Shown: positions 28,528 through 42,663, counted from the stretch's first letter. The stretch is DNA of 64,000 nucleotides from Octopus vulgaris (GCA_951406725.2 OX597837.1:7502001-7566000); one strand, 5' to 3'. Notes: generated by a model from the letters alone, not told the origin. Translations and numbers: made by a program.

Positions 28528-28756
28528 TTAACTCTTTTGTTACCATATTTCTGTAGAGATGCTCTGTGTTTCTCGTAATTATTTTAGATATAACAAAGAA
28601 TTTAGTAAAATAACTTAGTTATTATTCAGCTAGGGTTAGGAACATAAATTGTGACTAAGGCTTGGTGGAAGATTTTCATTCAAAACTTATGAAAACATGA
28701 CATTTGTACTACAGAACCAGAGCTGGTTTCAGCCAGGTTGGTAACGAAAGGGTTAA
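28528..28756. mobile_element. piggyBac-like MITE, same family
   Basis: TTAA|CTCTTTTGTTACC ... GGTAACGAAAGGG|TTAA. Confidence 0.75.
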
Positions 28757-29204
28757 AAGCCTCCACAAACATAGCATGCTTTGGTTCTCCTCTGATGAGA
28801 AACAGCTTAACTAAGACCAAAATTCCAAATAGGAGACATGACAGACCGTTATGTGCAAAGCCTACTGATGACCCCAGAGTGGTGTGCAGTGGAGGCACGT
28901 GGCTTAGTGGTTAGGGGTGTAGGACTTATGGTCATAAGATCGTGGTTTCGATTCCTGAACCAGGCAACATTGTGTCCTTGAGCAAAACACTTTATTTCAC
29001 ATTGCTCCACTCTACACAACTGCTAAAAATAAGTATTCCTGCAACAGACTACTATCTCATCCCAGGTGAGGAATATATGCTCCATGGAAACCAGGAAACT
29101 GGCCCTTATGATTCAGTCATATATACACATTTTTGTATATACATACATGTCGCTATATCTACATATGCACTAACAATACTAGTTTTTCACCACATTTCTT
29201 ATAT

Positions 29205-29538
29205 ATGTAGGGGAGGGCTCCGAAAGGGGTCTCAGGAGGAGTGTCCCTGCCTTCCTGAGCTAGATCTCCACATTTCTTAAAAATCTTGGTAGAGGCCTTG
29301 GTCTTGGGACCACTCATGTCTAGAAACTGAGGTTGGGGGTAAGTAAGCAAGGCATGCTCCCTGTAGTAAAATCCAGCCCCAAAAAAGCCTAATGATAACA
29401 AAGGAGAATGGGCACCAGTCAGTCCAAAGGTTGGGGTGGGCTGCACCTGCCTACCTCGGTTGCTATGGAATTGAGGTAGATCCGGCCACCCCTATTAACG
29501 GGGACAAAACCCAGATTTAAAACACTGGATGATGATGA
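29205..29538 (+). mobile_element. ~330-bp retroposon-like repeat with (GAT)n tail; second copy at 50405-50748
   Basis: Two colinear copies ending AAACACTGGAT(GAT)n. Confidence 0.65.
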
Positions 29539-29640
29539 AATACAGTTACACACATATATATCTACATACACGCACGCATTCTCGGACACGCATACAAACA
29601 GGTGTATCTATACACAAACACACCTTGTTATATACACATA

Positions 29641-29774
29641 CGCAGGAGTGGCTGTGTGGTAAGTAGCTTGTTTACCAACCACGTGGAACCTTGGGCAAGT
29701 GTCTTTTACTATAGCCTCGGGCCGACCAAAGCCTTGTGAGTGGATTTGGTAGACGGAAACTGAAAGAAGCCCGT

Positions 29775-29830
<56 letters not shown>

Positions 29831-30319
29831 GTAAAAAAAAAAATAAAATAAATAAAAAAATAAAAAAAATAAAAAAATAAAAATAAATACAGACATGGAC
29901 AAGAACATGAAACACCAAAGAGACGACACAAGAACCACAGGACGGGACATTCGAAGCCCTCAGTCATCAGTCAAGAACCAGATCATCTTAGCAATTTCGG
30001 CTGATTAATCTTGAGATTGCTCCGATCTGGGCAGCCCGCCAAGGGAAATCTAAGCCAAGCGCATTAGATCCCTTGGAAGAAAGCTTCGAATGTATACAAC
30101 ACGAGGACGGAAAACAAACGAAGTACACGAACAAAAATACAGAATACGTGACACCAATAAGAATACAAAAACGTAAAAACAATAACGGTAAAGATAAAAA
30201 ACAAAACAAAATCAGGACGTGGGACAAGGGTCTTTCGACAGGACGAGTTGAGTTTAGGGCTGGCTATGAAGTTGTGCCTAATGGCCGCAGGGAGATGAAC
30301 AAATACGTGTTGCTTCGGC

Positions 30320-30374
<55 letters not shown>

Positions 30375-30591
30375 TGTGTGTGTTTGTGTGTCTGTGTTTT
30401 TCCCCCTAGCATTGCTTGACAACTGATGCCTGTGTGTTTATGTCCCCGTTACTTAGCGGTTCATTAAAAGAGACTGATAGAATAAGTACTGGGCTTACAA
30501 AAGAATAAGTCCCGGGGTCGGGTTGCTCGATTAAAGGCAGTGCTCCAGCATGGCCGCAGTCAAATGACTGAAACAAGTAAAAGAGTAAAAG
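29641..30591 (+). mobile_element. SINE family A with ~500-bp insert in its (TA)n tract
   Basis: SINE head 29641-29775, foreign DNA ~29823-30322, SINE tail 30380-30591. Confidence 0.75.
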
Positions 30592-30973
30592 AGATACATC
30601 TCTATCTAAACGCACATTCCTGTATATGCATACATGTAGTCACAGCTCTGCATTTACATGTACGCACGCACACATACATAATGCTTCATAAACACACAAG
30701 TAATTACATCTATACAAAGGCACAATCACATACATACATACATACATACACAACTATATACACACATGCAGATACAAACACGTGCCTGTTGCTATACAAG
30801 CATACATGTAACTACTTCCAGACATGCACACAAATGCACACACACATACATACATACATACATACAAACATTTCTATACACACCTAGCTCCAACTGCACA
30901 CACACACATTTCTATACACATACACCTCACTCCAAATACACACACATGTATATATATATATATACACACACAC

Positions 30974-31020
<47 letters not shown>

Positions 31021-33609
31021 CACACACACACATACACTTACATATAGTTATATCTACACAGGCACACACAACAAACACACACTCACACACATACATACAA
31101 AGAAACTCACACAAACATTTCTATACACACACACCTCATTCCAACTACACACACATACACACATGTTTATATGTGTGTATATATATATATATGCACATAT
31201 ATATATATACACACGTGCAAGTGTATATAAATATGTGTAATGAATGCAGTGCATTGAACACACATCAAGTAAAATGGAAACAATTAAGCCGACTGATATA
31301 AAATTACGTTAATTAGATTTACTGATTGATTAGTTGTGATGGTGATGGTGGTGATGATGTTGATGGTGGTGGTGGTGGTAGTGGTGGTAGTGGTGGTGGC
31401 AGTTGTTGTTTCGCAATTTGTCTAGATTAGAGGTGTGAAGGTTAAGAAATGGTGGTGGTGACGGTGGCGGTGGTGGTGGTGGTGGTGGTGGTGGAGGCAA
31501 AGCGAGGAGAGCGCGTTTGATGATGATGATGATGATGGAGATAGTGATGATGATGGTGGTGGTGGTGGTGGTGGTTGCAGTGATAAAGGGGGAGTAATGG
31601 TGATGGTGGTAATAATGGCGATGGTGCTGATGAGGATGATGGAGATGATGATGATGATGGTGATGATAGCAATGGTGATGATGATGGTCGTGATGGTGGT
31701 GGTGATGAGAACTATGTAGATGATGATGATGATGAGGAGGAGGAGGAGGAAGAGTAGAGTCGGAGTGGAGGAGGAGGAAGAAGGGGTGATGAAAAAGATG
31801 AGGGGAAGTGGGAGAGGTGAAGAAGGTGTGGAGAAGGAGGAGGAAGAGGAGGAAAGGGTGGAGGAGGAAGAAGAGGACCACAATGGCAATGAGGATGATG
31901 ATGATTGTGGTGATGGTGATGATGGAGAAAGAGAGGGAGAGAGAGAATAAGAAAGAAATAAGTTGTTGATGAGAAAAACTGATTTTGTTGTTGCTGTTGT
32001 TGTTGTTTACTCCCAGATCAACACTGATCATACCAACAGACCTATAACCAATGGCATTCCAACCAGGACCATCCCATGTTCGATCATTTTGCAGAGGTGA
32101 GGGGAGAGGCTAAGGAGGGCTAAGGGGAGTGAAACCTAGGATTGTACTTCCAGCTTTCTGTCTAAGATGGACGGTGGCGGAGTGGAAGAGGTAACGGCTC
32201 AAGGGAGATTTGGCTGCAATTTCTAGCCTGTCAAACAAAACATGTAGAAGCTCTGCTGTTCATGGTGGAGGTGGTGGTGGTGATGGTGATGGTGGTGGTG
32301 GGGTAGATTGTATTACTTTGATAATGTGGAAGATTGTGGGTAGATGTAATGCAGTGTTGATAGAGAAGGTACAAATGATGATGATGATGCTGAGAGTAGT
32401 GATGGTGGTAAGTGGTGGTAAGTGGTGGTGACATGGGGTGGTGGTGGTGGTGGTAATGAATGTGGCTGTATTGATGGTGGTGATGGTGTTGGTGGTGATG
32501 ATGATGATGATGCTGATAGTAGTGATGGTGGTAAGGGTTGGGGGTGGGGGTGATGAGTGAGGCTGTGGTGATGGTGGTGGTGGCAGTGATGATGATGATG
32601 ATGCTGATAGTAGTGGTAGTGGTGGTGGTGGTGAAAGTGGTGGTAGTGGTGGTGATGATGATGACAGCAGTGATGGTGGTGAGTGGTGGTGATGGGAGGT
32701 GATGAACGTGGCTGTGTTGATGGTGGTGATGGTGGTGGCCATGATGATGATGATGATGAGGAGGAGGAGGAGGAGGAGGAGGAGGAGGCAGATGATGATG
32801 AGGATGAAACAAACTGTTGTTGCTGTCATTGCTCTGGTCATGGTCATAGTAAGAATACCACCACCACCACCATCATCACAGCCATTACCAACACCACCCT
32901 CATCATCTTCATCACCACCGCCACCACCATCATCTTCATCACCACCGCCACCATCATCTTCATCACCACCGCCACCATCACAGCCAACACCAACATCATC
33001 CCAACCACCACTGCCACCACCATCATCATGATCATCGTCATCACTACCACCAATCCGCCCCACCTCTCCCCACGACCACCAGTTAATGTAATCAAGGAGT
33101 TTTATTGAATCAAGGCAATAAATGAGACTAAATGAGAGATGCGAAAGTAAATAGAGGATAACTGGAGCAGTTAATGTTGTTATGGAGGCTGTTGGTGGTG
33201 GTGGTCGTGGCGGTAGTGGCGATGGTTTATTGTGATTGCCTCCATCTCTTTAACATGTTGAGGAGATGAAGGAAACAGACAAACAGGCAGGCAGACAGAC
33301 AGACAGACGGACAGACGGACAGGCGGACACCACATGGATAGCCACAGACAGAGACAAACAGACAGATGCTGGAAAGAGAGAGAGATGGACAGATAGACAG
33401 ACAGACTTACATGGGTGGATGGATGGCTGGCTGGCTGGATGGATGGATGGATGGACAGACAGACAGATAGATAGATAGATTGATTGATTGATTGATAGAT
33501 AACTTTCTTTATTGGCCACACAGGGCTGAACATAGAGGGGGCAAATACAATGTAGAGTTTTTCTTTTCGAGGGGAGGGGTGAAAAACAAACAAAATAATA
33601 AAAAAATAT

Positions 33610-33756
33610 AGATGGATGGATAGAGAAAGACAAACAGACAGACAGACAGACAGACGGACGGACGGACGGACGGACGGACGGACGGACGGACGGACGGACG
33701 GACGGACGGACGGACGGACGGACGGACGGACGGACGGACGGACGGACGGACGGACG

Positions 33757-33843
<87 letters not shown>

Positions 33844-33860
33844 GGAGAAAGATAGGTAGG

Positions 33861-33937
<77 letters not shown>

Positions 33938-34190
33938 GGAGAAAGATAGGTAGATAGACAGACAAATGGATGGATAGATAGATAGAGAGACAGATATAGA
34001 TAGATAGCTAGATAGATAGATAGATAGATAGATGGAGAAAGGTAGGTAGATAGACAGACAAATGGATGGATAGATAGATAGATAGACAGACAGATATATA
34101 AATAGATAGATAGATAGATAGATAAATAGACAGATAGACTGACAGACAGAAAGATTGATAGATAGATAGATAGAGACAGACAGACAGACA
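33610..34190. repeat. Compound (GACA)n-(GACG)n-(GATA)n microsatellite
   Basis: Directly visible. Confidence 0.95.
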
Positions 34191-36057
34191 AGCAGGCAGT
34201 TAAATAACTATAAAGAAAATAGAAGGATTATATCCCCAACAGATTGCATCAACCAAATATATAAGAATAACAAAAATAATAAAAAACAGTTATTTTGTCC
34301 ACATGTGAAACACTGCACACATGTAGCCATTTACACATGAAGTTATTTCAAGAGAAAAAAAAAAGCCAACAGATCAATGGGTGAGCCTCTATGAGATGAG
34401 TTGAACTTGCTAGAAATAGCAGCCAAATCTACCTATAATCATACACCCAGGTTATATTATGATAGAAATGGGTTGATTGGATAATGCAAGGTGAGTTGGT
34501 ATGAAAAGGTGTGATGGTCATGGTTGGGGTATCTTTAATTGCAGGCCTGCTGGATCAGAACTGTGGCCCGTAGCTGAACATTGATGGTACATTCACCATC
34601 ATCACCACCACCACAACTACTACTACCACAACCACCACCATCATCATTGCTATCACTACCCCAACCCCTTCCATCATACCACCATACCCAATACAACTAC
34701 TACAGCCACCACTACCCCCACCTTTCCTCCACCATACCACTGTTGCCCATAAAACTACAAGTACCACCATCACAACCACAACCATTACCACTACTACAAC
34801 CAGTACCACCTCAACCACTGCCACAACAGACACCACCTTCACCACTGCCATCATTAATGCAACCATCACCAGAACCACACACACCATCACCACATACACC
34901 CCAACCACCAGCACCACCACCGCCGCCATCATAGTCACCTGAGCGGCTAGAAATAGCAGTCAAACTCTCTTCTTTGAGTCACACAGTACCATCTAAGAGG
35001 AAGGAACTGGAGGCCCTGAGGACCGTGGACCCAGAGATGAGATAATGTAATAACATAATGACATGAACCAACAAAGCCCCTCACCCCCACCACCACCCCA
35101 ATCCACTCTGCTCCACCCCACTCTACCCCTGTCCCGATCTTAACAGAGGCAGCAGGGATGGTCACATTCAGAACACATTTGTTCGGAACCAAAAACTGTC
35201 TGCTCAGCCAGGATCAAACCCATCCCATGCCCCCGTTGTTCCGTTCCGTTCCCTCCACCCTCTCATCCATCCCTTCCCACCACTGCTACTCTTGATGTCT
35301 CTTTACGTGCCACACCCACCCACAGACGGCAGGGGTGGGGGATTAGGGGTCGCATGGGAGATAAAGGTAGAGGTGGGGGACTTTTTTTCCCCCCACCCCG
35401 CAGAAAGTTCCAAAGACCTTCCACTGAGTCAACAGTCAATGATAATATTTGTGCGACGGTGTGCCATTTGTGCAAGGGTGTGCCATTTTGTATTTAAAAC
35501 AGGGCAGAGCAGAAAGAAAAGAATATTGTCCCTTTGTTGTCGAAAATTGAAGGGGTTAGATGAGTCAGTGGGAGGGGGAAGTGGAGGAGGTAGTAGGAGT
35601 AGTAATAGCAGCAGCAGCAGTAATGATAGTAGTAGCAGTAGTAGTAGAGGTGGTAGTAGTGGTGGTGGTGGTGATAGTAGTAGTAGTAGTAGTAGTAGCA
35701 GCAGCAGCAACAATAGTAGTGATAGTAGTAGTAGTAGTAGTAGCGGTAGTGGTAGTAGCAGTCGCAATAGCAGCAATAGTAGTAGTAGCAGTAGCAACAG
35801 TAGTAGCGGTAGTAGCAGTAGCAGCAACAGTAGTAGTAGTAGTAGTAGTAGTAGTAATGTTGGTGGTGGGAATTGTTATAATTATTATTATTATTATCAT
35901 GCTGGGCAAAATGCTTAATGGTATTTCGCCCATCTTTATGTTCTGAGTTCAAATTCCACCGAGGTCGACTTTGTCTTTCATCCTTTTGGGGGTCAATAAA
36001 TTAAGTACCAGTCATGTACTGGAGTCAATGTAATCGACTTAATCCAAAGTTTGTGGT

Positions 36058-36105
<48 letters not shown>

Positions 36106-36282
36106 ATAAATATTAGGGAATAAATCCAAATTTACAGGGAAAAAAATCAGATTTAGGATTAAATCCAATTTTATAGTAAAATATTATATAATATTAATTA
36201 GAGACAAAACCACTATTTTGCAAAACAAACAAGGAAAGACTTAATCAATACATAAAATTTTAATAAAAAGTAAAAAAAAACG

Positions 36283-36325
36283 CCACTACAATTGTTTCTT
36301 GTCCTGATCGACAATCTTCAGGTGG
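36283..36325 (-). ncRNA. Minimal type I hammerhead ribozyme (Penelope-like element pLTR)
   Basis: ccac-CUGAAGA-uuguc(gaucag)gacaa-GAAA-caauu-GUA-gugg: complete core, stems I and II paired, palindromic stem III. Confidence 0.8.
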
Positions 36326-36490
36326 ATTTCCAATAAGTCAGTTTCAAATTATGAAGCGAAATTAAATTCTAGCCGTTAAAAACGTCAAACAAAATTACGT
36401 TACCATAGGAACCTAACATATGTATAAAAAGTATTCCGCTAAGTCAGTTTCATTGAAACTGACATAATTTGAAACTGACTTATTGGAAAT

Positions 36491-36533
36491 CCACCTGAAG
36501 ATTGTTGATCAGGACAAGAAACAATTGTAGTGG
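36491..36533 (+). ncRNA. Minimal type I hammerhead ribozyme, inverted second copy
   Basis: ccac-CUGAAGA-uuguu(gaucag)gacaa-GAAA-caauu-GUA-gugg. Confidence 0.78.
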
Positions 36534-36618
36534 CGGTTTTTTTAACTTTTTATTAAAATTTTATGTATTGATTAAGTCTTTCCTTGTTTGTTTTGCAAAA
36601 TAGTGGTTTTGTCTCTAA

Positions 36619-36657
<39 letters not shown>

Positions 36658-37030
36658 TATATATATAGTAACCACAAACTTTCCACATCATTTTTACCCA
36701 TTTCTTGTCCTTTCTCCTCATCAAACATCATGTGTTCATGTGTTAGCAAAAAACAAATTGAATTTTATCAGAAAAAAATACTAAAACTGGAGATTAAATA
36801 TTATTCTAATATTAATTTTTTAATTAAATATTTGTTTAATTATTCAGCATTCTGATTCCAATACAGAAGAAAAAAAATAATAGAATTAAATTAAATAAAA
36901 CCCTGCTAATTTTCATGATAGCGAGAGTTACTTGTTGCCTGATGTCTTGGTGGTACTTAGCAATCTCAAAGCCAGGATAATCTCCAGATATAGCAGCCAC
37001 ATCTCCCTTGAGTCGCTCTTTAGTATCCAG

Positions 37031-38336
37031 TATGATACAGCCAGATGTAGGATACATCATCATACAGCCAGATATAGGAACATTATGATACTGCCAGATG
37101 TAGGATACATTATGATACTGCCAGATGTAGGATACATTATGATACAGCCGGATGTAGGATACATTATGATACAGCCGGATGTAGGATACATTATGATACA
37201 GCCGGATGTAGGATACATTATGATACAGCCACATGTAGGATACATTATGATACAGCCGGATGTAGGATACATTATGATACAGCCGGATGTAGGATACATT
37301 ATGATACAGCCAGATATAGGAACATTATGATACTGCCAGATGTAGGATACATTATGATACAGCCGGATGTAGGATACATTATGATACAGCCACATGTAGG
37401 ATACATTATGATACAGCCGGATGTAGGATACATTATGATACAGCCGGATGTAGGATACATTATGATACAGCCGGATGTAGGATACATTATGATACAGCCA
37501 GATATAGGAACATTATGATACTGCCAGATGTAGGATACATTATGATACAGCCGGATGTAGGATACATTATGATACAGCCGGATGTAGGATACATTATGAT
37601 ACAGCCAGATATAGGAACATTATGATACAGCAGGATGTAGGATACATTATGATACAGCCAGATATAGGAACATTATGATACAGCCAGATGTAGGACACAT
37701 TATGATACAGCCAGATGAAGGATACATTATGATACAGCCAGATGAAGGATACATTATCATATGGCCAGATGTAGGATACATTATCACACGGCCAGATGTA
37801 GGATACAATATCATACAGCCAGATGTAGGATACATTATGATACAACCAGATGTAGGACACATTATGATACAGCCAGATGTAGGACACATTATGATACAGC
37901 CAGATGTAGGACGCATTATGATACAGCCAGATGTAGGATACATTATCATATGGCCAGATGTAGGATACATTATCACACGGCCAGATGTAGGATACAATAT
38001 CATACAGCCAGATGTAGGATACATTATGATACAACCAGATGTAGGACACATTATGATACAGCCTGATGTAGGACGCATTATGATACAGCCAGATGTAGGA
38101 CACATTATGATACAGCCAGATGTAGGATACATTATCATATGGCCAGATGTAGGATACATTATCACACGGCCAGATGTAGGATACATTACAATACAACCAG
38201 ATGTACAGCCAGATGTAGGATACATTATGATACAGCCAGATGTAGGATACATTATCACACGGCCAGATGTAGGATACATTACAATACAACCAGATGTACA
38301 GCCAGATGTAGGATACATTATCATACAGCCAGATAT
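37031..38336. repeat. 27-bp minisatellite (TATGATACAGCCRGATGTAGGATACAT), roughly 48 units
   Basis: Direct tandem array with 26-bp and substitution variants. Confidence 0.95.
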
Positions 38337-38469
38337 AATTATCTTTTGTATTTTAATTGTTTCGGACATTACAATGTGGCGATGCTGGGGCACTGCCTTG
38401 AAGAATTGTATTACTTGTCTTTTTCTTTTCAAGCCTGGTACTTATTCTATCGGTCCCTTTATGCTAAAC

Positions 38470-38993
38470 CAGGGGTCACGAAACTATACCCCCACCCCCC
38501 ACCAGTTCATCCAGCCTGCCACCATTGTACTGTACCTTTCGTGTTAAGTACCTGCTACGAGAGTTCATTTGCCTTTGGTATGGCATCAGTGTTCGGAACA
38601 ACTTATGTCTAAGAGCAAACATTTTCAGTAATGAAATATGTGAAATCAGCACATTGAACGAGGTCGACTGACGAACATTTGAAAGCAATTCTCTCGGTTG
38701 GATGCAGCAATTCCAAAGCAAATATTGATGATGTCTTCAAAAGCCAAACACCAGTTCCACAAATCTCACCAACCTTTTTGACTGTTTAGTTCATGAGATT
38801 CAGACATGTGCGCACTGGGTGTGATATAACTATCCTATGGATAACATCGCCTTCTTTGACAAATTTTTGGTAAATAGATATGTTGGCTGTCTTTATTTTC
38901 CGTGTATTAACTGTATTGTACTGAACAAAATAGTTTTGCAGCCCTCACTCATCAGGTGTCTGGTTCACTGGGTAAAATGTTTGGTGATCCCTG
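38470..38993 (+). mobile_element. hAT (Charlie/SPIN-like) deletion derivative with transposase C-terminal remnant, inserted in a SINE
   Basis: TIR CAGGGGTCACGAAAC...GTTTGGTGATCCCTG; 8-bp TSD TGCTAAAC/TACTAAAC; translation SVFGTTYV*EQTFSVMKYVKSAH*TRSTDEHLKAIL matches the hAT dimerisation domain. Confidence 0.85.
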
Positions 38994-39068
38994 TACTAAA
39001 CCAATAAGTTACAGGGATGTAAACACACCAACACCAGTTATCAAGCTATGGTGAAGTCAAACACAAAA

Positions 39069-39099
<31 letters not shown>

Positions 39100-40450
39100 C
39101 ATATATACGATGGGCTTCTTTTTAGTTTCCGTCTATGAAATCCACTCACAAGGCTTTGGCCAGTCCGAGGCTACAGTAGAAGACACTTGCCCAAGGTGCC
39201 ACGCAATGGGACTGAACCCGGAACCATGTGGTTGGTAAGCAAGCTACCTACCACACATCCACTCCTGTGCCTATACATACACATACATGATGGGCTTCTA
39301 CACAGTTTCCATCTACCAAATTCACTTACTGGGCATTGGTCAGTCTGGGGCAATAGTGGCAGAATACCAAGGGGCCATGCGATGGGATTGAACCTGAAAC
39401 TTCATTGTTGGGAAACAAACCTCTTAACCACACGACCACGCCAGCACCTATAAATGATTGCGATATTTAGTTATGATCCTTTAAGTTCCAAGTTCGAATC
39501 CTACATATTATTAGCGTTGCCTTTTTAATCTCCCTGGGTCGAGGAAACTAAAGTATCGGTCAAGTACAGGAAGAGAATTTAATATTGCTATAAAGCTCCC
39601 TGTTTGCTGGATCACAACTGACCTAGGGCTAAAAAAACAACAGCAAAGCAATAACAATGGAAAGACTACTGGATGAGAACTGACTTAAGCAATAATGAGA
39701 AGAAAAACAACAGTCTGTCTGCAAGATCAAAACTGACCTGGGGTTATATAAAGCTAGACACACACATATGCGCACGCACACACATGCAAATGCATGCATG
39801 TATGCATGCATGCGCTATGCAGACATCTTTATTGATGTAGATATGTGCTTGCACATTTTTTCCATGTGTACACAAACAGCGCATACATATGTACATACAT
39901 GCACTCTCGCACATACATACACAAACCCACATCACTTATACAAGCACACACACACACACACACACAATGCATACACACTGACAAACACACACACACACAT
40001 ACATACATATATATATACATACAGATAGACACATATACAACGCATCCACACTGACAAACATGCATACACATTATCACAAACACATATATGCACACATGCA
40101 CACACACACACACACATATACACAAGCATGCACACATACAAACTCACAAATATATATATATATATATACAAGCATGCACACACACACACATATATATATA
40201 TACAAACACACACACATATATATATACAAACACACACATATACACAAGCATGCACACATACAAACTCACAAATATATATATATATATATACAAGCATGCA
40301 CACACACACACATATATATATATACAAACACACACACATATATATATATACAAACACACACATATACACAAGCATGCACACATACAAACTCACAAATATA
40401 TATATATATATACAAGCATGCACACACACACATATATATATATATACACA

Positions 40451-40497
<47 letters not shown>

Positions 40498-41148
40498 CAC
40501 ACAAACATATACAATATATACACACTGGCAAAAACATGTATACACATTATCACACTGACACAGACATACACACACACACATATATATATATAAATACACG
40601 CGTGCACACACACACTCAACATTTATATCATCATTTACACACTGCCACATGCACACACACACACACACACACACACACCTTTGCCGCTTCTATTCAAGCA
40701 AAGAGAAGTTAATTAAATGACTGCTGGGATTGGGAGAAAGAGAGAGAGAGAGAGATGGGTGGGGGAGAGGAGGCGGGCGATGGGGCAGGGGCAGCGCATG
40801 TGTGTTTGTGTGTATGTCTACGTGTGCGTGTTTATGTGTGTGCGTGTGTGTGCACGTGTGTGCATGTGTGTACACGCATTTCAATCAACAGAGGCACACC
40901 TATTCTACACATGTAAGACGCCCCCCTCCCCCCACCTGCACCCCCCCCCCGCTCTCCACCTTGAATAACACTTGAAAGAAACAAACAAAAACAACACCTA
41001 CACACACACACACACACACACGCATACATACACACACATACGCATGCACGCACACACATACGCATGCATGCATGCACACACTCACTCACATGCAAGCAAG
41101 CATCAATAAATCACTCACGCTTGTATACATACATTCACAAACACACAA

Positions 41149-41182
<34 letters not shown>

Positions 41183-42663
41183 GCACACACATTTATTGTT
41201 CTCACCCTCAAAAACTGCTCCGCCTACCTCCACCTACCCCCCAGCTTCTCCACCACCGCTGCTCATTTCATATGCCACTCCATACATACACCCCACCCCA
41301 ATCACACCCAAACACCACCATCATCTCTTATCCTCACCACCACCACTGCCGCCACCACCACCACTACCATACACTTAACATCACTCTGCATTTTATTACC
41401 ATACACACACACACACACACTTCACCACAATGCAAAAGTCATAACATCGACAAATATCACAAAATAGCTGAGCCTGTGTGTGTGTATATATGCATGCATG
41501 CATGCATGCATTCACATGTGGTGTGTACATGGGCACATTTGATGTATGTGTGTGTGTGTGTGTGTAGGAGAACCCAATCATTAGACAAGTAAATACAAAA
41601 ACCAAAACACTAAGTACAGAATACAAACCATTTATTCTTCTAACTTTTCTAATAAGGTGCAGATTGTTTCAGCTATTAAAAGTGCTCATCAGAGAAATTC
41701 ATATATATATATCATCATCATCATCGTTTAACGTCCATTCTCCATGGGTTGGATGGTTCGACCGGGGATCTGGGAAGCCAGAAGGCTGCACCAGGCTCCA
41801 GTCTGATCTGGCAGTGTTTCTACAGCTGGATGCCCTTCCTAACGCCAACCACTCCGAGAGTGTAGTGGGTGCTTTTTACGTGCCACAGGCACAGGTGCTG
41901 GGCGAGGCTGGCAACGGCCACGATCAGATTGGTGCTTTTTACATGCCACCGGCAAAAATATATATATATATATATATATATATTTGGCGTTAGGAAGGGC
42001 ATCCTGGCATTAGGAAGGGCATCAAGCTGTAGAAACCCTGCCAGATCAGATTGGAGTCTGGTTCGCCAGACCTGTCAATTCGTCCAACCCATGCTAGCTT
42101 GGAAAGGGAACGTTAAATGATGATGATGATATGTGTGTGTGTGGAGGTGCAATGGCCCAGTGGTTAGGGCAGTGGACTCGCGGTCGTAGAATCATGGTTT
42201 CGATTCCCAGTTTCCGTCTACCAAATCCACTCACAAGCCTTTGGTCAGCCCGGGGCTACAGTAGAAGACAGTTGCCCAGGGTGCCATGCAGTGGGACTGA
42301 ACCTGAAACCATGTGGTTGGGAAGCAAGCTTCTTACCACACAGCCATTCCTGCACTTGTCCGTCTATGGAAATGTGACGACTAACATTTTGGAGACAATC
42401 ACTTATCAAATTCTTTCAGTTTCTTTTTCCGCCAATTTCTGGAAGCAACAAGCCACAACTAATCTATAATGGCATCTCAGAGCTTTAATCTCTGATGTGC
42501 AGCCATGCGTTCACTCGTGCATGTCGCATATGCCACCACCGCCGCCGCCACTACCACCATCAGCAATACCTTCAGACCCATCATCACCACAGCCGCCATC
42601 TACAAAACCATTTACCATCAACAGCAATATCAGAAATAAACATCATCACAACCTGACAACGAA

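Larger units (their letters stand above)
27819..28890 (+). pseudogene. Degenerate Tc1/mariner-superfamily transposase (maT/DD37D-like), split by piggyBac MITEs
   Basis: Manual translation gives MLTQERKRQAVIVAI..., IRTWQFIQLI*NIIDIPGKSMRAIVKE...KDI*YKLYVLRRSQMMS and, after the insertions, LWFSSDEK...NRRHDRPLC (first catalytic-D motif FSDEK). Confidence 0.75.
36100..36630. mobile_element. Penelope-like element remnant with inverted pseudo-LTRs, in a (TA)n tract
   Basis: Near-perfect inverted arms 36186-36353 and 36463-36630, each with a hammerhead; (TA)n on both sides. Confidence 0.65.

Noticed and set aside
29940-30010. CTGATGA and GAAA on the minus strand as a hammerhead
   Set aside because: Could not build consistent stems.
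37031-38336. CRISPR-like or coding interpretation of the 27-bp array
   Set aside because: No unique spacers, eukaryotic context; the ORFs follow from a stop-free unit.
39780-41520. TGCATG (Rbfox) clusters
   Set aside because: Explained by (TGCA)n/(CA)n microsatellite variants.
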